Source: Octopus vulgaris
Taxonomy: Eukaryota
Length of the DNA: 64,000 bases
Direction of reading: 5' to 3'
Assembly (NCBI GenBank): GCA_951406725.2
Contig: OX597814.1
Span: 191,332,001 to 191,396,000 of the forward strand
Shown: positions 12,315-26,649 of the stretch, in pieces
Layout: every line of letters begins with the position of its first letter
How positions within the stretch are numbered: the first letter of the stretch is position 1
Made by a program: the position numbers and the translations under genes
The notes under the pieces: generated by a model
Databases searched by the model: none
Seen by the model: the letters and a program-made list of their open reading frames with translations, nothing else
What the model was told of the DNA's origin: nothing

Positions 12315-13872
12315 TCTCACACACACACAAACTCACTCACACACACACACACACAAACTCACTCTCACACACACACTCACACACACACACATATATATCT
12401 GTAATTGTAATATGTGACAAATATTCGGTAGCTATGATAAAACTCCAATTTTCGGATGTCGGGGTGGAAACTCAGAGTTTTATCATGGCTACCGAATAAT
12501 TGTCACATATTACAATTACAGATAAATTCCTCTATTTACATAATATCGAGGTCTCTTTCATTCTTTTGTTGTCTTACCATTTCTATCAATATATATATAA
12601 CAAAAATAATTACCACCCTATTCAAACTCACATACCGATGGAAGACTTTAACCCCAAAGAAACAATATAAAGTGAAGATTAACTCTAATGCATAGTCCGA
12701 CGATGGTTTAAATGGCTGAAACTTCGAAATCGCTGTCAGCAATATTCTTGTTTAAAAATAAACCACACACACACACAAGAGTGAACAACAGAAAAACGTT
12801 AATTTTGCTGATGATTCGCAATTCAGTTGTTTTGAACAGCCGTTTCAGCGGAACAAAAACATCTTCATTTATAGAATTACATAATTAACACATATAACCA
12901 CATAAATCATTTAAATGTGACGTGCTACTCATATCATCAGGAGAGAAATTCGAAATAATACATGCATTCATTACACTCACACATTAACTCCGAAGTACTA
13001 AAGAAACATGTTCACACAAAACATATAAGTGCGGGTATATACACTTACATACATATATGCACACGCTGACACGATTACATATTTAGAAATCCTGGGAATC
13101 ACCCAACTCTAAAAGTCTTGTCACTTAGATAGAGACTGATTTGAATTCCTTGAAGAAGTGAAATAAATTGCAGGTAAGAAGTTTGCTTCTCAACCACATG
13201 CTTTCAGGTTCAGTCCCACTAAGTGGGACCCTGGACACACGTCTTCTACTATAGCCTCGGGCTGACCAAAACCTATATATATATATATGTAGGGAGAGTT
13301 TACGAAAAAAACAAAAGACGAAGACAGGTGGTGTACAAAACAAACAGCTGTATTAGTATAACGCTCAGGAATAGAAAAAAATAAATATATTTGAAGGTTT
13401 GATGATGTACAGGTATTATTAGAAGAAATAAGGTACTCAGAAATCTGGACGGTTTTATATTTACAGATTTTTATTAATAGGTCACATGATTTTATAAATC
13501 ATATATTAGCGCTTGCGTCCACTCTAATGGATTCTTCAGATTGAATTTTTTGAGGAGATTCGTCTCTTTTATCGTATTTTTGAGTGGAGAGAGATATAGG
13601 ATAGTAAGAGAGGGTGAAGAATGGGGAAAAAGTGATAGAGAGTGCGTGTGTGTATGTGTGTGTGTGTGCCTTTGTATCTGAAAGAGTGTCAATGGAAAAG
13701 AGAAGGAAATAAAGAAGGAAGAGAGAAAGAAGAAAAACGTGTTTACTTCAATTATTTTCTCTCTTCCTTCTTCCTTTCCTTCTCTTTTCCATTGACACTT
13801 CTTTCAGATACAAAGGCATGCGCGCTCGCACCGGGCTTAAAAAATAAGTCTGGGGATCGATCCATCGACTAA

Positions 13873-14172
13873 TGTTGTGGGTATACACGTCTAGTGTAAA
13901 ATGGTATTACACAAATAAATTGTTGGTTGTGGTTATCTAAAAATAACCTATCGCAGAAATACATGTTAACACAGAACGCACTCCATACTGCTCGAACGTA
14001 GGTACGATACTTAGTATTCATTGGTCAGTTAAACCAACACACATCGACGGTTAACCAACACGGTCGAACTACCTTCAGCTCCCCTCGTTGACAGTTCACT
14101 CAGTTCTTATCTATTATAATCGGTTAGTCCACCTTCATTCACAAGGGGGGTGTTGAGGATTCTCCCATAATA
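13873..14172. mobile_element. Solo LTR inserted in a SINE A 3' remnant
   Basis: tgttgtggg...cccataata decayed TG..CA inverted ends and 5-bp TSD actaa at 13868-13872 and 14173-14177. Confidence 0.7.
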
Positions 14173-14235
14173 ACTAAATAAAATTTTCAAGGTCGTGTCC
14201 CAGCATGGCCGTTGTCAAACAAGTAAAAAAGGATA

Positions 14236-14754
14236 CCGTAAATCCTCGAGTATAGTCCGCCCTTGAGTATAATACGCAGGGGATTTTTAGGGGGCTGTGC
14301 CCCTGAAAAACTAAACCTTGTGTATAATACGCACCCCTTCTCTAATTTGAGTCAAGGAGGTCTATATAACGTCCTTGGTTTGTAAAAATGTATACGGTAA
14401 CGTCCTTTATTATTATTGTATACTAAACATAATGCAAACGTGTAGCTTTTTGGGGTATTTTGTTTGCAGAAAATAAAGAAATAACAGTAATAACATTAAT
14501 AACGTTTAATAAATGCTGCTTACTGCAAGTTATGGATGATTCTTTTATGACTTCATTGCTTTCAGGCTTAGCTTAAGGTATTTTGCGCCCGACATCACAA
14601 AATGCGTCTGAATAAACACTGCCGGACAGCAAATAGAGACTCGGGCATTGCTTAGAAAATAATTTTCCTTTTTAACCTCGTATATAGTACGCACTAAGGA
14701 TTTTAACCTTTAAATTTTGGGGAAAAAATGCGGATTATACTCGAGGATTTACGG
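14236..14754. mobile_element. Tc2/pogo-like MITE
   Basis: TIR ccgtaaatcctcgagtata(g/a)tccgc with TA target on both sides. Confidence 0.85.
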
Positions 14755-15193
14755 TATGTAATATAATTTGTGTGCTTGTGTGCGTGTATATGTATGTAAG
14801 AAAATTAACTAAACGGTTTATAATGACAAAAGTATGCAGGCGATCCCAGAGATAAGCGATGACAACGAGAATGAGAGTCTGAGAGAGAATAAAAGTTATA
14901 GTGTGCGAGAAAATGCTTTTACCGATGCATGACCGATATAGTGGTAGGAGGTAACTTAGAAAGCCCTATATGGCTGTGTGAATGCGTGGAATGTACTAGT
15001 CTCAAAGCAAGATGTCTTTAAAAATGCTTTGCACCAAAACGAAACGTCTTGATTGGTTAATAAATAGCAAAGAAAATCATTGTCACATGGCGTTTCCTGC
15101 ATGTTATCTGCTATGCTCATATCAACGGGTTTGTGTGACCTGTGAAATTTAGTGTCTACGTGTGAAATAAAATGTAGATCTAGTTTGAAGCCT

Positions 15194-15557
15194 TTACTCT
15201 TTTACTTGTTTCAGTCATTTGACTGCGGCCATGCTGGAGCACCGCCATTTTTTTTTTAGTCGAGCAAATCGACCCCAGGACGCTAAGTTACGGGGACGTA
15301 GACACACCAGCATCGGTTGTCAAACAATGTTGGGGGGACAAACACAGACACACAAACATATACACACACATACATATATATATATATACATACGACAGGG
15401 CTTCTTTCAGTTTCCGTTTATCAAATCCACTCACAAGGCTTTGGTCGGCCCGAGGCTATAGTAGAAGACACTTGCCCAAGGTGCCACGCAGTGTGACTGA
15501 TCCCGGAACCACGTGGTTGGTAAGCAAGCTACTTACCACACAGCCACTCCTGCGCCT
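15194..15557 (-). mobile_element. SINE family A
   Basis: Reverse complement of 5028-5462. Confidence 0.85.
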
Positions 15558-15641
15558 AGCGGAATCTTTGTACAGATTCTGCTAAGAAAGACATCAGACT
15601 ATGTAATGAAATGCCCTCCCACTGTCTGTCTGTATCTCTCT

Positions 15642-15694
<53 letters not shown>

Positions 15695-15814
15695 GCACAT
15701 GTATGCGTATGTGTGTGTGTATAAATATATATATGTTACACACAAATACGCACATACATACACATGTGTACGTGTTAACACATTCACAGACGCACGCATG
15801 AGACGTGCTCTGCC

Positions 15815-16035
15815 TAGCTAAGCTGTCTGAGCAGTAGTATGGTTTCAATGCTCAAGACGTTAGCCTGCTGGATGACTTCGTTGTTGGTGATGTGTTCATT
15901 CCACGATTCCACGAAGATTCCATGATGCAGCGTAGGAATCTCTGATGGAAGAGTTCCAGCATCTTGACGAGCTTCTTGTACAGCATCCAAGCTTCTGACC
16001 CATAGAATGGTGCAGTGATGATAACAGCCTTGTAA
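15815..16035 (-). mobile_element. RTE-like LINE fragment
   Basis: SWNEHITNNEVIQQANVLSIETILLLRQLS is typical of RTE ORF2. Confidence 0.7.
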
Positions 16036-16159
16036 CAAGTAATACTACTCTGTGTAGACGTTACTTTACAACTATACAGGAAGCAGACTGGATTATGCTA
16101 ATCTACGTAGAGCACTAAATATAACACTAACAGTCGTACGTCTCTGTACAAATAATTTC

Positions 16160-16345
16160 TACTATAGCCATGATAGATCGTTAGCTACTACACGCATTTT
16201 TTTCTCTCCTTGTTTTTTTTTTTCTGTGTATCTTTCTGTCGAAGAGCGTAGGCTCGAAACGTAAAAGACTTTTTCTATTCCTGAGCGCTATACTAATACA
16301 TTTGTTTATTTGTACTCAACCTGCCTTCGTCTTTTGTTTATTTTC
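16160..16345 (+). mobile_element. Penelope-like terminal repeat fragment
   Basis: gaagagcgtaggctcgaaacgt hammerhead-like core. Inverted related copies at 13290-13380 and 17565-17735; copies abut (TA)n. Confidence 0.5.
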
Positions 16346-16871
16346 GTAAACTTTCCCTTTATATATATAGCGAGAAATTGAGGTTATAAGAGATAATGGT
16401 GTCATTGAGACCCAAAGGTGTCAGGTAATGCTGAATAAGTGCTATAGACAGACCAAAGTTAAGTTCCAGATTCGGTAATATTGCGAATAAAGGGTTCAAC
16501 GTTGGTTCTGTGTCAGCGTGTGTATATAAGAATTTTTTGCGTAATAAGATAAAAAAACCCCAAAGGTCTGTAGATATTAGAGAATTTATAGATAGGTCTT
16601 ACAGCTGTTTCTAGGATATTTATTAATTATATCTCTTCGTAGCGGGAAGCGAAATACCACTAAGCATTTCGCCCGGCGTGCTAGCGATTCTGCCAGATTG
16701 CCGCCTTACTTAGACAGAATATTAAATACATTTAATGCAAAAAAACTGTACATGTGTATGGATATAAAGTAGTCCGACTATTTTATATCCATACACATGT
16801 ATGTATTTTGTATTAAACGTATTTAATATTCTGTATAAATCGACTTAGCTAACATGCATGTCATTACATTT

Positions 16872-16966
<95 letters not shown>

Positions 16967-16995
16967 TTGAATATATATATATATATATTTGAACT

Positions 16996-17102
16996 GATTC
17001 AAACGAGCTTGTTTGATGTGAATAAATCTCCACTCTCCACTTCGTTATGAATTACATATTGTTTGATGTGAATAAATCTCCACTCTCCACTTCGTTATGA
17101 AT

Positions 17103-17166
<64 letters not shown>

Positions 17167-17224
17167 ATTCATAACGAAGTGGAGAGTGGAGATTTATTCA
17201 CATCAAACAAGCTTGTTTGAATCA
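16996..17224. repeat. Palindrome centred on (TA)n with one arm tandemly duplicated
   Basis: 50-bp unit tgtttgatgtgaataaatctccactctccacttcgttatgaattacata occurs twice, then (TA)n, then its reverse complement. Confidence 0.9.
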
Positions 17225-17895
17225 TTTCACTTTGAAAACGTTGTGAGTGAAGGACCCTTGAGGAAACTGCAGCGACTGTGTGCATAATTGCACACAGAGC
17301 AACGTGTAGTCGCTGCAAAGTTAGTGTTATATATGCTGTAGATAAATTTTTTTAATAAAAAAGTTTTGGATGTGAATAAATCTCCACTCTCCTCTGCGTT
17401 ATCAATTATACACTCTAAGGAATATTTGCAGTTCTGAATAGGAACTCGGAACAACCCAACGAGTGAAACTTACCGGTACTAATATCAAGAAGTGATGCAG
17501 TACGACCGTTTCATTCATACACCCACCACTCCCCCACACACTCACCCACCCCACACACACATATATAGGGAAAATTCACAAAAACAGCAAAGGACGAAGA
17601 CAGGTGGTGGGGTAGACAACAAACAGATGTATTAGTATAACGCTCGGGAAGTGAAAAAGACTTTAACGTTTCGAGCCTACGCACTTCCACAGAAAGGAAC
17701 ACAGAGAAAAAAATAAAGAATGTGTAGTGGCTAGCAATGAGAAAAAAGAAGAAAAATTATAGACATCAGATCATTCAAAGATATTCAAATCAATATGATA
17801 TGAAATTCTTATCCCTATAGCCAAACACTGAACACTGGTAAAAACCAGAGAACTATGGTGCAAACATACCTCAAAGGATTATAGGTCCTTGGTAC

Positions 17896-17945
<50 letters not shown>

Positions 17946-18272
17946 CTTTTATACTTGGAATGAACAATTTCAAATAATGTTGGATTTTTCTCATAAGGTA
18001 TTGGTATCTTACATATATACCATTCTACCTAAAAAAAATGGATCTACAAATTCAATATCCCTTCATACCTCACATCTATTTTCATTCCTCCACCTCACTC
18101 TCTATTTTGTATCCTATCTAAATTAACTATTACTTAAGCATCCTCTCACACCGTTTCCGATGAAGGGATATAATTAATACATACCCTGGAAACAGCCGTA
18201 AGACCTTCTATCTATAAATGTTCTAATATCTACACAACCTTGGTCTTTTAATCTCATTACGCAAAACATTCT

Positions 18273-18359
<87 letters not shown>

Positions 18360-18926
18360 CCCTACACTTAACAGGAAGCTTTTGGGAGCAGTAAACAAGT
18401 CCGACGTGGAAATATTTACCCGTAAAATCTCACGACTGACTTCACATTTGCTGTTCATGTAGTTTAACACCTTTTTTCTGATTTATTAAAAAAGAAGTTC
18501 GTTGTTTTGAACAGAAATTCTTTTGACACATAATTAAAGCTAGGATAATTATTTCAGTGGTTTATGCAGTTAAAACTTATTGCCAAGGAACCCATAAATA
18601 AGAAACACTGGCGTTTTCTGCAACGGAACGAAAAAATACCTTTTTATTTTCCAGTTCGGTGGACTTGTACAAGACGAAGTAGAGAAAATGGAATGTAAGT
18701 GTTTCGGAATATAACTGAAGGTATGTGGCTGCATTGGAACTCATGATGATACCTATTTGAAAAATCTTAACCATTTTTGTGATATAAAGTTCCCTCCAAG
18801 AGTATATGTGAGTGTCTGTGTATGTGCTATGCGAATGTGAATGTGTGTGTGTGTGTGTGTGTGTGAAGACCGTTATAACAGTCATAGTGAAATACGAAAT
18901 TCCTTTTCACTAAAACCTCACGATAC

Positions 18927-19003
<77 letters not shown>

Positions 19004-19169
19004 TTTAAGCGTCTGTGGGTGTTTAAGACGTTTGCTTCGCAACAGCGTGATTTTGGGTTCGGTCCCACTGCGTAGCAAGCATCTTGCGCAAGTGTCTTCT
19101 ACTATAGCCCCGAGACAACCAAAGCATTGGCAGTGAATTTCATAGACAGAAACTGCACAAGGCTTGTCG

Positions 19170-19285
<116 letters not shown>

Positions 19286-19571
19286 CATTCGTGTGTCTGT
19301 ATGAGTGGCTACCAGCTAATTGATCACCAGACCTTCCCGATAGCCTCACAACCCTGAATAGTGCATTCTCAATAATGAACTATTTCATTTCATTTTTAAG
19401 AACTTTTTAAAAATTCTCTTCTTTGTAAATCGTGTATCATACCTTTTTTATGCAACTTTTTCGTATTTTAAATCAATACACAGTTATTGAAAATAAGTGA
19501 AAGACGTGGGGAAGGTCTCTATGCTTATGTAGTGTAGAAAATCAGCACTTCCAACATCTGCAATTTCTCAT

Positions 19572-19967
19572 TATTCTTTATTGCCCACAAGGGGCTAAAC
19601 ATAGAGGGGACAAACGAGGACAGACAAACGGATTAAGTCGATTCAATCGACCCCAGTGCGTAATTGGTATTTAGTTTATCGACCCTGAAAGATGAAAGGC
19701 AAAATCGACTTCGGAATTTGAACTCAGAACGCAGCAGCGGACGAAATACCTGTTTCTTTATTACCCACAGAGAGGACAAACAAGGACAGACACATGGATT
19801 AAGTCGATTCAATCGACACCAGTGCGTAACTGGTACTTAGTTTATCGACCCTGAAAGGATGAAAAGCAAAGTCGACCTCGGCGGAATTTGAACTCAGAAC
19901 GTAACGGCAGACGAAATACCACAAAGCATTTCGCCCGGCGTGCTAACGTTTCTGCCAGCTCGCCGCC
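19572..19967 (-). mobile_element. SINE family B dimer
   Basis: Two units; approximate TSD aca(t/c)ctgcaatttct. Confidence 0.85.
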
Positions 19968-20445
19968 TTGACACCTGCAATTTCTGTGATCGAATACCAC
20001 AAGGATCCATCCTCTCACCTACGCTTTTCAACCTTCAAGCGGTTGGTAGCAATTTAACAAGATTCATTAATGGCAAAATATGCGATCGTAAATGTTTTGT
20101 GTATTGTGCAACATCTAGCTTTGTTTTTACTGCTTTGTCTGCAAGTTTACTTTCAGCATCAACAACAACAACAATAATTTACTATTGGTTTTCTGATTGG
20201 CGAATCCCATTGCAATACAAAGTTCAGAAAACTCTGAGAAGCATAGAACAGTTTCGTTGACATACTTGACAAGAAAGGGTAGTTCGACCTTAAATTCAAG
20301 ACTAACAGAACAAATGAAAAACAGAACAACAATACTGCAGACATCTGCTAGTGTGTGTTGTTGTAGTGATTTGCACAATAGCAGAATATGCCTGAGCTTC
20401 TAGGGGACGGTACAGCACTACACCATAATGACATTTTCAGTTATC

Positions 20446-20503
<58 letters not shown>

Positions 20504-20507
<4 letters not shown>

Positions 20508-20721
20508 GGGATGGGTTACTCGACCAGAAGAAAATTCTAATAGGTTCCACCTGCAAGGTCATGCGTTGTTTAATTTGATATGAGATTACTATGTCGAGCA
20601 CATATGGTTGTGATGCATGTGCCTGGTATATACTTGTCAGACGGGTAGTCATGATGGGTATACTGGGCTTCGTATATTTTACCCCAGTGTCACTTTAATG
20701 GTATGCACTGCTCTCTCACTC
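20504..20721 (+). mobile_element. 5'-truncated copy of the (TAA)n-associated element
   Basis: Reverse complement of the first ~220 bp of 36461-37000; (AAT)n on both sides. Confidence 0.85.
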
Positions 20722-20754
20722 AATAATAATGATAATAATAATAATAATAATAAT

Positions 20755-20843
<89 letters not shown>

Positions 20844-20938
20844 GAAGAAGAAGAAGAAGAAGAAGAACAACAACAACAACAACAACAATAATAATAACGA
20901 TGATGATGATGATGATGATGATGATATTGATGATGATT
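20722..20938. repeat. Compound triplet microsatellite AAT-AAG-AAC-AAT-GAT
   Basis: Direct reading. Confidence 0.95.
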
Positions 20939-21036
20939 TCTTTTATTTGCTACCGGGGCGAAGGCTAAATGGAACGATACAAAGACAAACATAAATTGTT
21001 GGGGTTTACATATAACGAAAAGACGAAAAATGTATG

Positions 21037-21301
21037 TACGAGGTTTGATCAATAAGTATCCGAACTGTTGCCATAGTAACGAAGCTAAAGCACGCAAAGT
21101 GAAACCGCTTGGCACAGACTGACCTTGAACGCTGCTGTGCATGCGCACTAAGTTTTAATGTTCTAGCCCACTTTCGCTGTTTACAGCAGTGCTCGGCAGG
21201 AAGGTGTGTAGCATGTATTTGTCGCATTGACCATGACAGATTAAGTTGAGCAGAGAATATGCATCAAATTTTGCCAAAAGCTTGGTGATACCTGCTCAGA
21301 G
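21037..21301 (+). mobile_element. Mariner 5' end (TIR plus HTH start)
   Basis: TA-cgaggtttgatcaataagtatccg TIR; MTD*VEQRICIKFCQKLGDTCSE. Confidence 0.8.
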
Positions 21302-21319
21302 GCTGGTATCGTCAACTTA

Positions 21320-21675
21320 GCAAAGTTAAAAACCCTCACAAACATGGCATGCTTTGGTGCTTCTCTAATGAGAAAAACTTCGTGTAAGACCAAAAGTGTA
21401 ATAGAAGGATTGACAGATGGTTATGTGCAGGATCTTTCTGGTGGAACCAAAGTAAAGCGCACTAAATTTTCGGCAAGTGTGTTGGTTTTAACAAACGTCA
21501 TGTCATGTAACCTCACGTCTTTCCATTGGGTCTTAGAATTATTGCTGCTGGATGCGTTGAAGTTCTGGAGACAGTTGTTAAGCACTGAAGTTTGCTGTGG
21601 AAGGCCATAAGTATTTCAACAAGACTCAGCACCCCACAAAGCCCATGTAACCCAAGAATGGATGTAAGACAATCT
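21320..21675 (+). mobile_element. Tc1/maT transposase relic
   Basis: GRP*VFQQDSAPHKAHVTQEWM. Confidence 0.6.
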
Positions 21676-22040
21676 TTACAATATTAATTCGCATACCCGA
21701 CTTAACTTGGCTGTGTTGTTAAGAACGCCGTAGATTGAGGTTAACGTCCTGCTAACAAAAAAAAAAAAAAAAAGAAAAATGAAAAAAGCACAGATTATGT
21801 CACTTGACAAAATTTTGTCTGCACCGAAAGATGGCACTGTTGTATAGCGTGATTTGGTTGACGGATTTTTTATGTGACATTCAGTGCTTGGGTGCTTTTT
21901 GCTGATGATGTGCAATTTACACTGAAATCACGTAGCATAATAGTCCCATCATCAGTTCTAACCAAATTTCTTCAACCGATGTAATCTGTGCTTTTTAGCA
22001 CCTAACGTTTATACGATATATGTAAATGTTGTGCCACTAT

Positions 22041-22109
<69 letters not shown>

Positions 22110-22312
22110 AAATGGATAAAGGAATTATCTTGTTACGGATTATTCAAATTATAACCGATACCTGGGTAGCAAAAATCACAACAGAAAAATCACGGTTGAG
22201 GTTACGACCATGGGGTATCGCAACCGTGCCTTAGTGCGGATAATTGAAGTTTTATATATTTAGTGAGGGAAGAAATGGAGCTGAACGAAGATTTTACAAA
22301 ATTCCTTTTTAT

Positions 22313-22400
22313 TATTTTCTACATATGTTTCAAAGGCTGCAAATTCCCTAATTCGGATTGAATAAGGAGACCATTTTGCAGTTTTCTCTTCAGGAAAATC
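22313..22400 (-). ncRNA. Type I minimal hammerhead ribozyme motif, partly decayed, in a Penelope-like end
   Basis: AUUUUC-CUGAAGA-[stem II with CUGCAAA/UUUGCAG]-GAAAC-AUAU-GUA-GAAAAU; 6-bp stem I and palindromic stem III. Confidence 0.55.
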
Positions 22401-22622
22401 CAGGAACTTAAATCTCCAAACAAATGCGCAGCAAGCTTTTCGACAAACGCTCTCTAGGAGCCCATGGTATGAATGGCACAAAACTGTCTCTCAATATGCA
22501 TTGACGTCAGGGTGGATGAAAGCCGACGAAAAAGTCCTTTGAGATAATTCGAGGTCAAAATCCGGTTAACATTGGAGAGGGGAAGAATTACAGAAAACCA
22601 AATAGTGTGAATATATTCTGTA

Positions 22623-22699
<77 letters not shown>

Positions 22700-22837
22700 G
22701 GATAGACAGACATATGCATACATACGTGCGTGCATGTGTGTGTGAATCTGTATATTGAATGTGTGTATATATGAGCCTATGTTTGTATGTGTACATGTCT
22801 ATGTGTGTTCTTATATGTATGTAGGTATATATATATA

Positions 22838-22927
<90 letters not shown>

Positions 22928-23082
22928 TTATCAAAAGAAAAGCAGGATGCAAAGGATTTAGCGGTACATATGTTTCTGGCTTTATTGGACAATTTATATC
23001 AATGCATAATTGATGTAACATATATATATATATTTATACATAGACATGCACACATACATAAACATGCGGGTGTGTGTGTGTG

Positions 23083-23117
<35 letters not shown>

Positions 23118-23428
23118 AAGAATGTGTGTGTGTGTGTGTGTGTGTGTAGGAGAGTATTAACTCGGACGACCCACAAAGGCTATGTTGTGCGGTGCCTCCT
23201 TCTCAGGACTGAGCTATAAAAATATAAGAGATAGAATACGGAAAATAGAAATTGTGATTCTGAACATAGAAATTTCGAGTGGGTTTTGTATATGTATCAA
23301 ATTGGTTTAACAGAAGCGGAACACTACTTTGAAACAGAACACAATTATGTATGTATGTATGTATGTATGTATGTATGTATGTATGTATGTATGTATGTAT
23401 GTATGTATGTATGTGTGCGTGTATGTGT

Positions 23429-23511
<83 letters not shown>

Positions 23512-23819
23512 TGAGAGAGAGAGTGTGTGTGTGTGCATGCATGCTGTCTTCTATTTTTAATTATTTGAAGTCTTCCTGTATGAAAGAATCTGTTTTCTTA
23601 CAAAGATAGAAACATCAATCGTTGGAATGTAGATAAAAAAATAAACGCATTGTCAGATTTCGAACTTGAGAAAAGTCTTGCATATTTTTACTCTTCCGCT
23701 TACAGACTGTATTTGTAATGGGCGTATTATGTGGTTGATTTATGTTCGTGAAAACCCCACCTTTTCCGGATTATCCCTTAGGCATTTGCTAACATAACCA
23801 AGTGCACTAATTAATTGGC

Positions 23820-24145
23820 ACTTCGACGAGAATTCCCGTTGATTCGATCAGCGGAATAGCCTGCTCATGAAATTAACGCGCAAGTTGCTGAGCAAACTAC
23901 AGACACGTCTACCCTTAACGTAGTTCCCAGGGAGATTCAGCGTGACACAGAAGGTGACAAAACTGGCCCTTTGAAACACAGATACTTCTCATTTTTGCCA
24001 GCTAAGTGAACTGGAGCAACATGAAGTGAAGTGTCCTGTTCAAGGGCGTGAAGTGTCCTGCTCAAGGGCGCGAAGTGCCGCTGGGAATTGCATTCACGAT
24101 CTTACAACCATGAATCGAATTCAAAACCACTAACCCACGTGCTTT
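23820..24145 (-). mobile_element. SINE family C, decayed
   Basis: Related to 34993-35235 and 59180-59490. Confidence 0.7.
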
Positions 24146-24156
24146 CACTAAGTGTA

Positions 24157-24850
24157 TCAATTGTTATTGATATACTGTGAAGTTATGATCTGAGTACGGA
24201 AGCTCAATATTCCGTAGTAGTTGTCCATAGTTATCCTTTTTCTTTCGATTTTCAAAGAAGAGCTGATATTATCAAAAAAGCTGACCTTTATGACGGTACA
24301 TACTTTGTCCTGTCTGTCCCAAATACAGATGTCTGCCTTGTTATATTTTGATGGAAATATTCTACTAATTGATAACATGGTGATTCTCTATATTTATCCC
24401 GGCACAGCCTTTTTCTCCCGGATATTCGGGGGCAAGAAAATATCACGCATGCAGGCGACACTTCATCGTTGATGCCAAAATTCATACACTTGCCAAGCGC
24501 TTCCTGCATTCAATCTTCAACGTCTGCAACAATTTTCTGAAAGCTGCTCTTGGAATAAACTCAGATAACAAGAAGACCAATGGAGTGAACTATTGTGAAT
24601 CTGAACTCCAGTGAAATATTCTCAGTTTCAAATTTAATGGAAAAGCTCAATGAGTCTGCGATAAGGTGAAGAAGCCTTTCTTGTAGATTTCGGTTGGAAT
24701 TGAGTTAGATCTTGGAATTTCTTTACCACATCCTCAAGACATACTAAGAAGTGCACAAACACTGTCACTTTTTCAAAAGAAAAACAGTGAACCTATATTT
24801 TCTTCTCCATTATAGTATTCTTTGGGACCAATACGTCCAAAGTATATCTT
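24157..24850 (-). mobile_element. REL-type non-LTR fragment
   Basis: KYNKADICIWDRQDKVCTVIKVS, same family as 5600-5915. Confidence 0.6.
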
Positions 24851-25109
24851 TTGATCACGAATACTTGATTATAAATGAAATATGTATGTATGTATAAACT
24901 TTTACAAGGATGATGGTTGACAGTAACTTCAAAGTTTCAGCTTATCCTCTTTCAACAGAGTGTTTGAAGACGAGTAAACCGAAACTCGAGGTCATTGCCA
25001 AAATTTTCCTCATAAAAGTTAATGAATATGTACTCTACGATAAAGCATTATGTAATCTTTCAGTCTAACGTTAAATTGTTTTTATATATAATTTGACATA
25101 AAAACATTG

Positions 25110-25191
<82 letters not shown>

Positions 25192-25788
25192 AAAGTGTAC
25201 GTACGCCGCTATATGTTTTATATATAAAAAATACAAGATGCAACAAGAACCCAAAACATTCAGACAGTTACGTGATACAAAAAAGGGACAACAAAACAAC
25301 AAAACATCCAGATAGACGACACAAAGAAAACAAGGAAGGGTCATTCGGAGTTTTCTTTCTTCAGTCGAGTTCCAGATTATCTTTGCAATTTCGGCTGGTT
25401 ATATTCGAGATTGCTCCAATCTGGCCAGCCCCAGTCCTTGTTTTCGTATACATTCGCTGCTTTCTTCCAAGGAATCTAATGCTCTTAGCTTAGTTTTTCC
25501 TTGGTGAAACAAAGGGAAAGAAACAAAAGCAGGAGATGTCATGAATCGGATGCTCATGTGAATACAGACGGAATAAAACAAGTATTGCGTAAATCGGATC
25601 ACGGGTTACCTGAGATACACAGTTTTCGGGTACCTTTATAAATACCCAAACCAGCGAATAATGGGGGAAATGCTTTGAAAGTAAGGTACCATTGAAATGT
25701 GAAAACATACGGAATAACAGAAGTTTCGCGTAAATCGGACTACGGATTCCCGATATAAGCGGTTTTTTCGGATACTTTGTACTATGTG

Positions 25789-25874
<86 letters not shown>

Positions 25875-26649
25875 CAAATTTGATAAGTGCCAATGCACAA
25901 AATACTCAGCCCTTGAGTCATTCTGTTACTTCTGATATTTATATATATCTATATAATTCTTTTTGGCGGAGACTTTTTGAGTAGTCTTTTCACATCAAGA
26001 AACACAACACATTCTCAACATTTTAAGAAAGAAAGTGTCGTATATTTTTTACTGTTCAAATACACGTTGGCGTTCTTCTTACTTTTCTTCGCTTGGAAAC
26101 TCCAACTTTTTATGACTATTGCTTAAACATTTGGTACAATAACAAATTGTGCCAATGATTAGAGAAACAAGTGTGCGTATATAATTTTAGAGCAGTTATA
26201 AAGGTTCTCTTTCTCAGCGGTTTTCATTGCTTTAACCGAATTGGTAAGAAAATCGTTTTACAACCATGAAGTTTCAGGTTCGATTTCAGTGCGTAGCGTT
26301 TTGAGCATATGTAATTTTTTTTTTATACCCTAAGATCGATTTATATCGTGTGAATGGATCTGAGGAGATTGAATTGTCCCACAGTTCGTCGGATATTTTT
26401 TTTGTACCTGTAATTAAAAGGTATACCGTGTCACATTGATTCTGCCTGAGTGTTACGTTAAGTGTACACCTGTCTGCGGAATACTCAGTCGCTTGTACGT
26501 GAATTCAATGAGAAGTTAATTTAGTTGATCGAACAACGGAATCTGCGTAGTCGAAACCGACCGAGATACATTCGTCTCTCCTCTCTCCTGCCTTCCATCT
26601 CCTCCTTTTATTTCCCCTCCCTTTTTTTTTTTTTTTTTGCTTTCCTCGT

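Noticed and set aside
18689-18710. tggaatgtaa as miR-1/206
   Set aside because: Only the first ~10 nt match and no precursor hairpin is evident.
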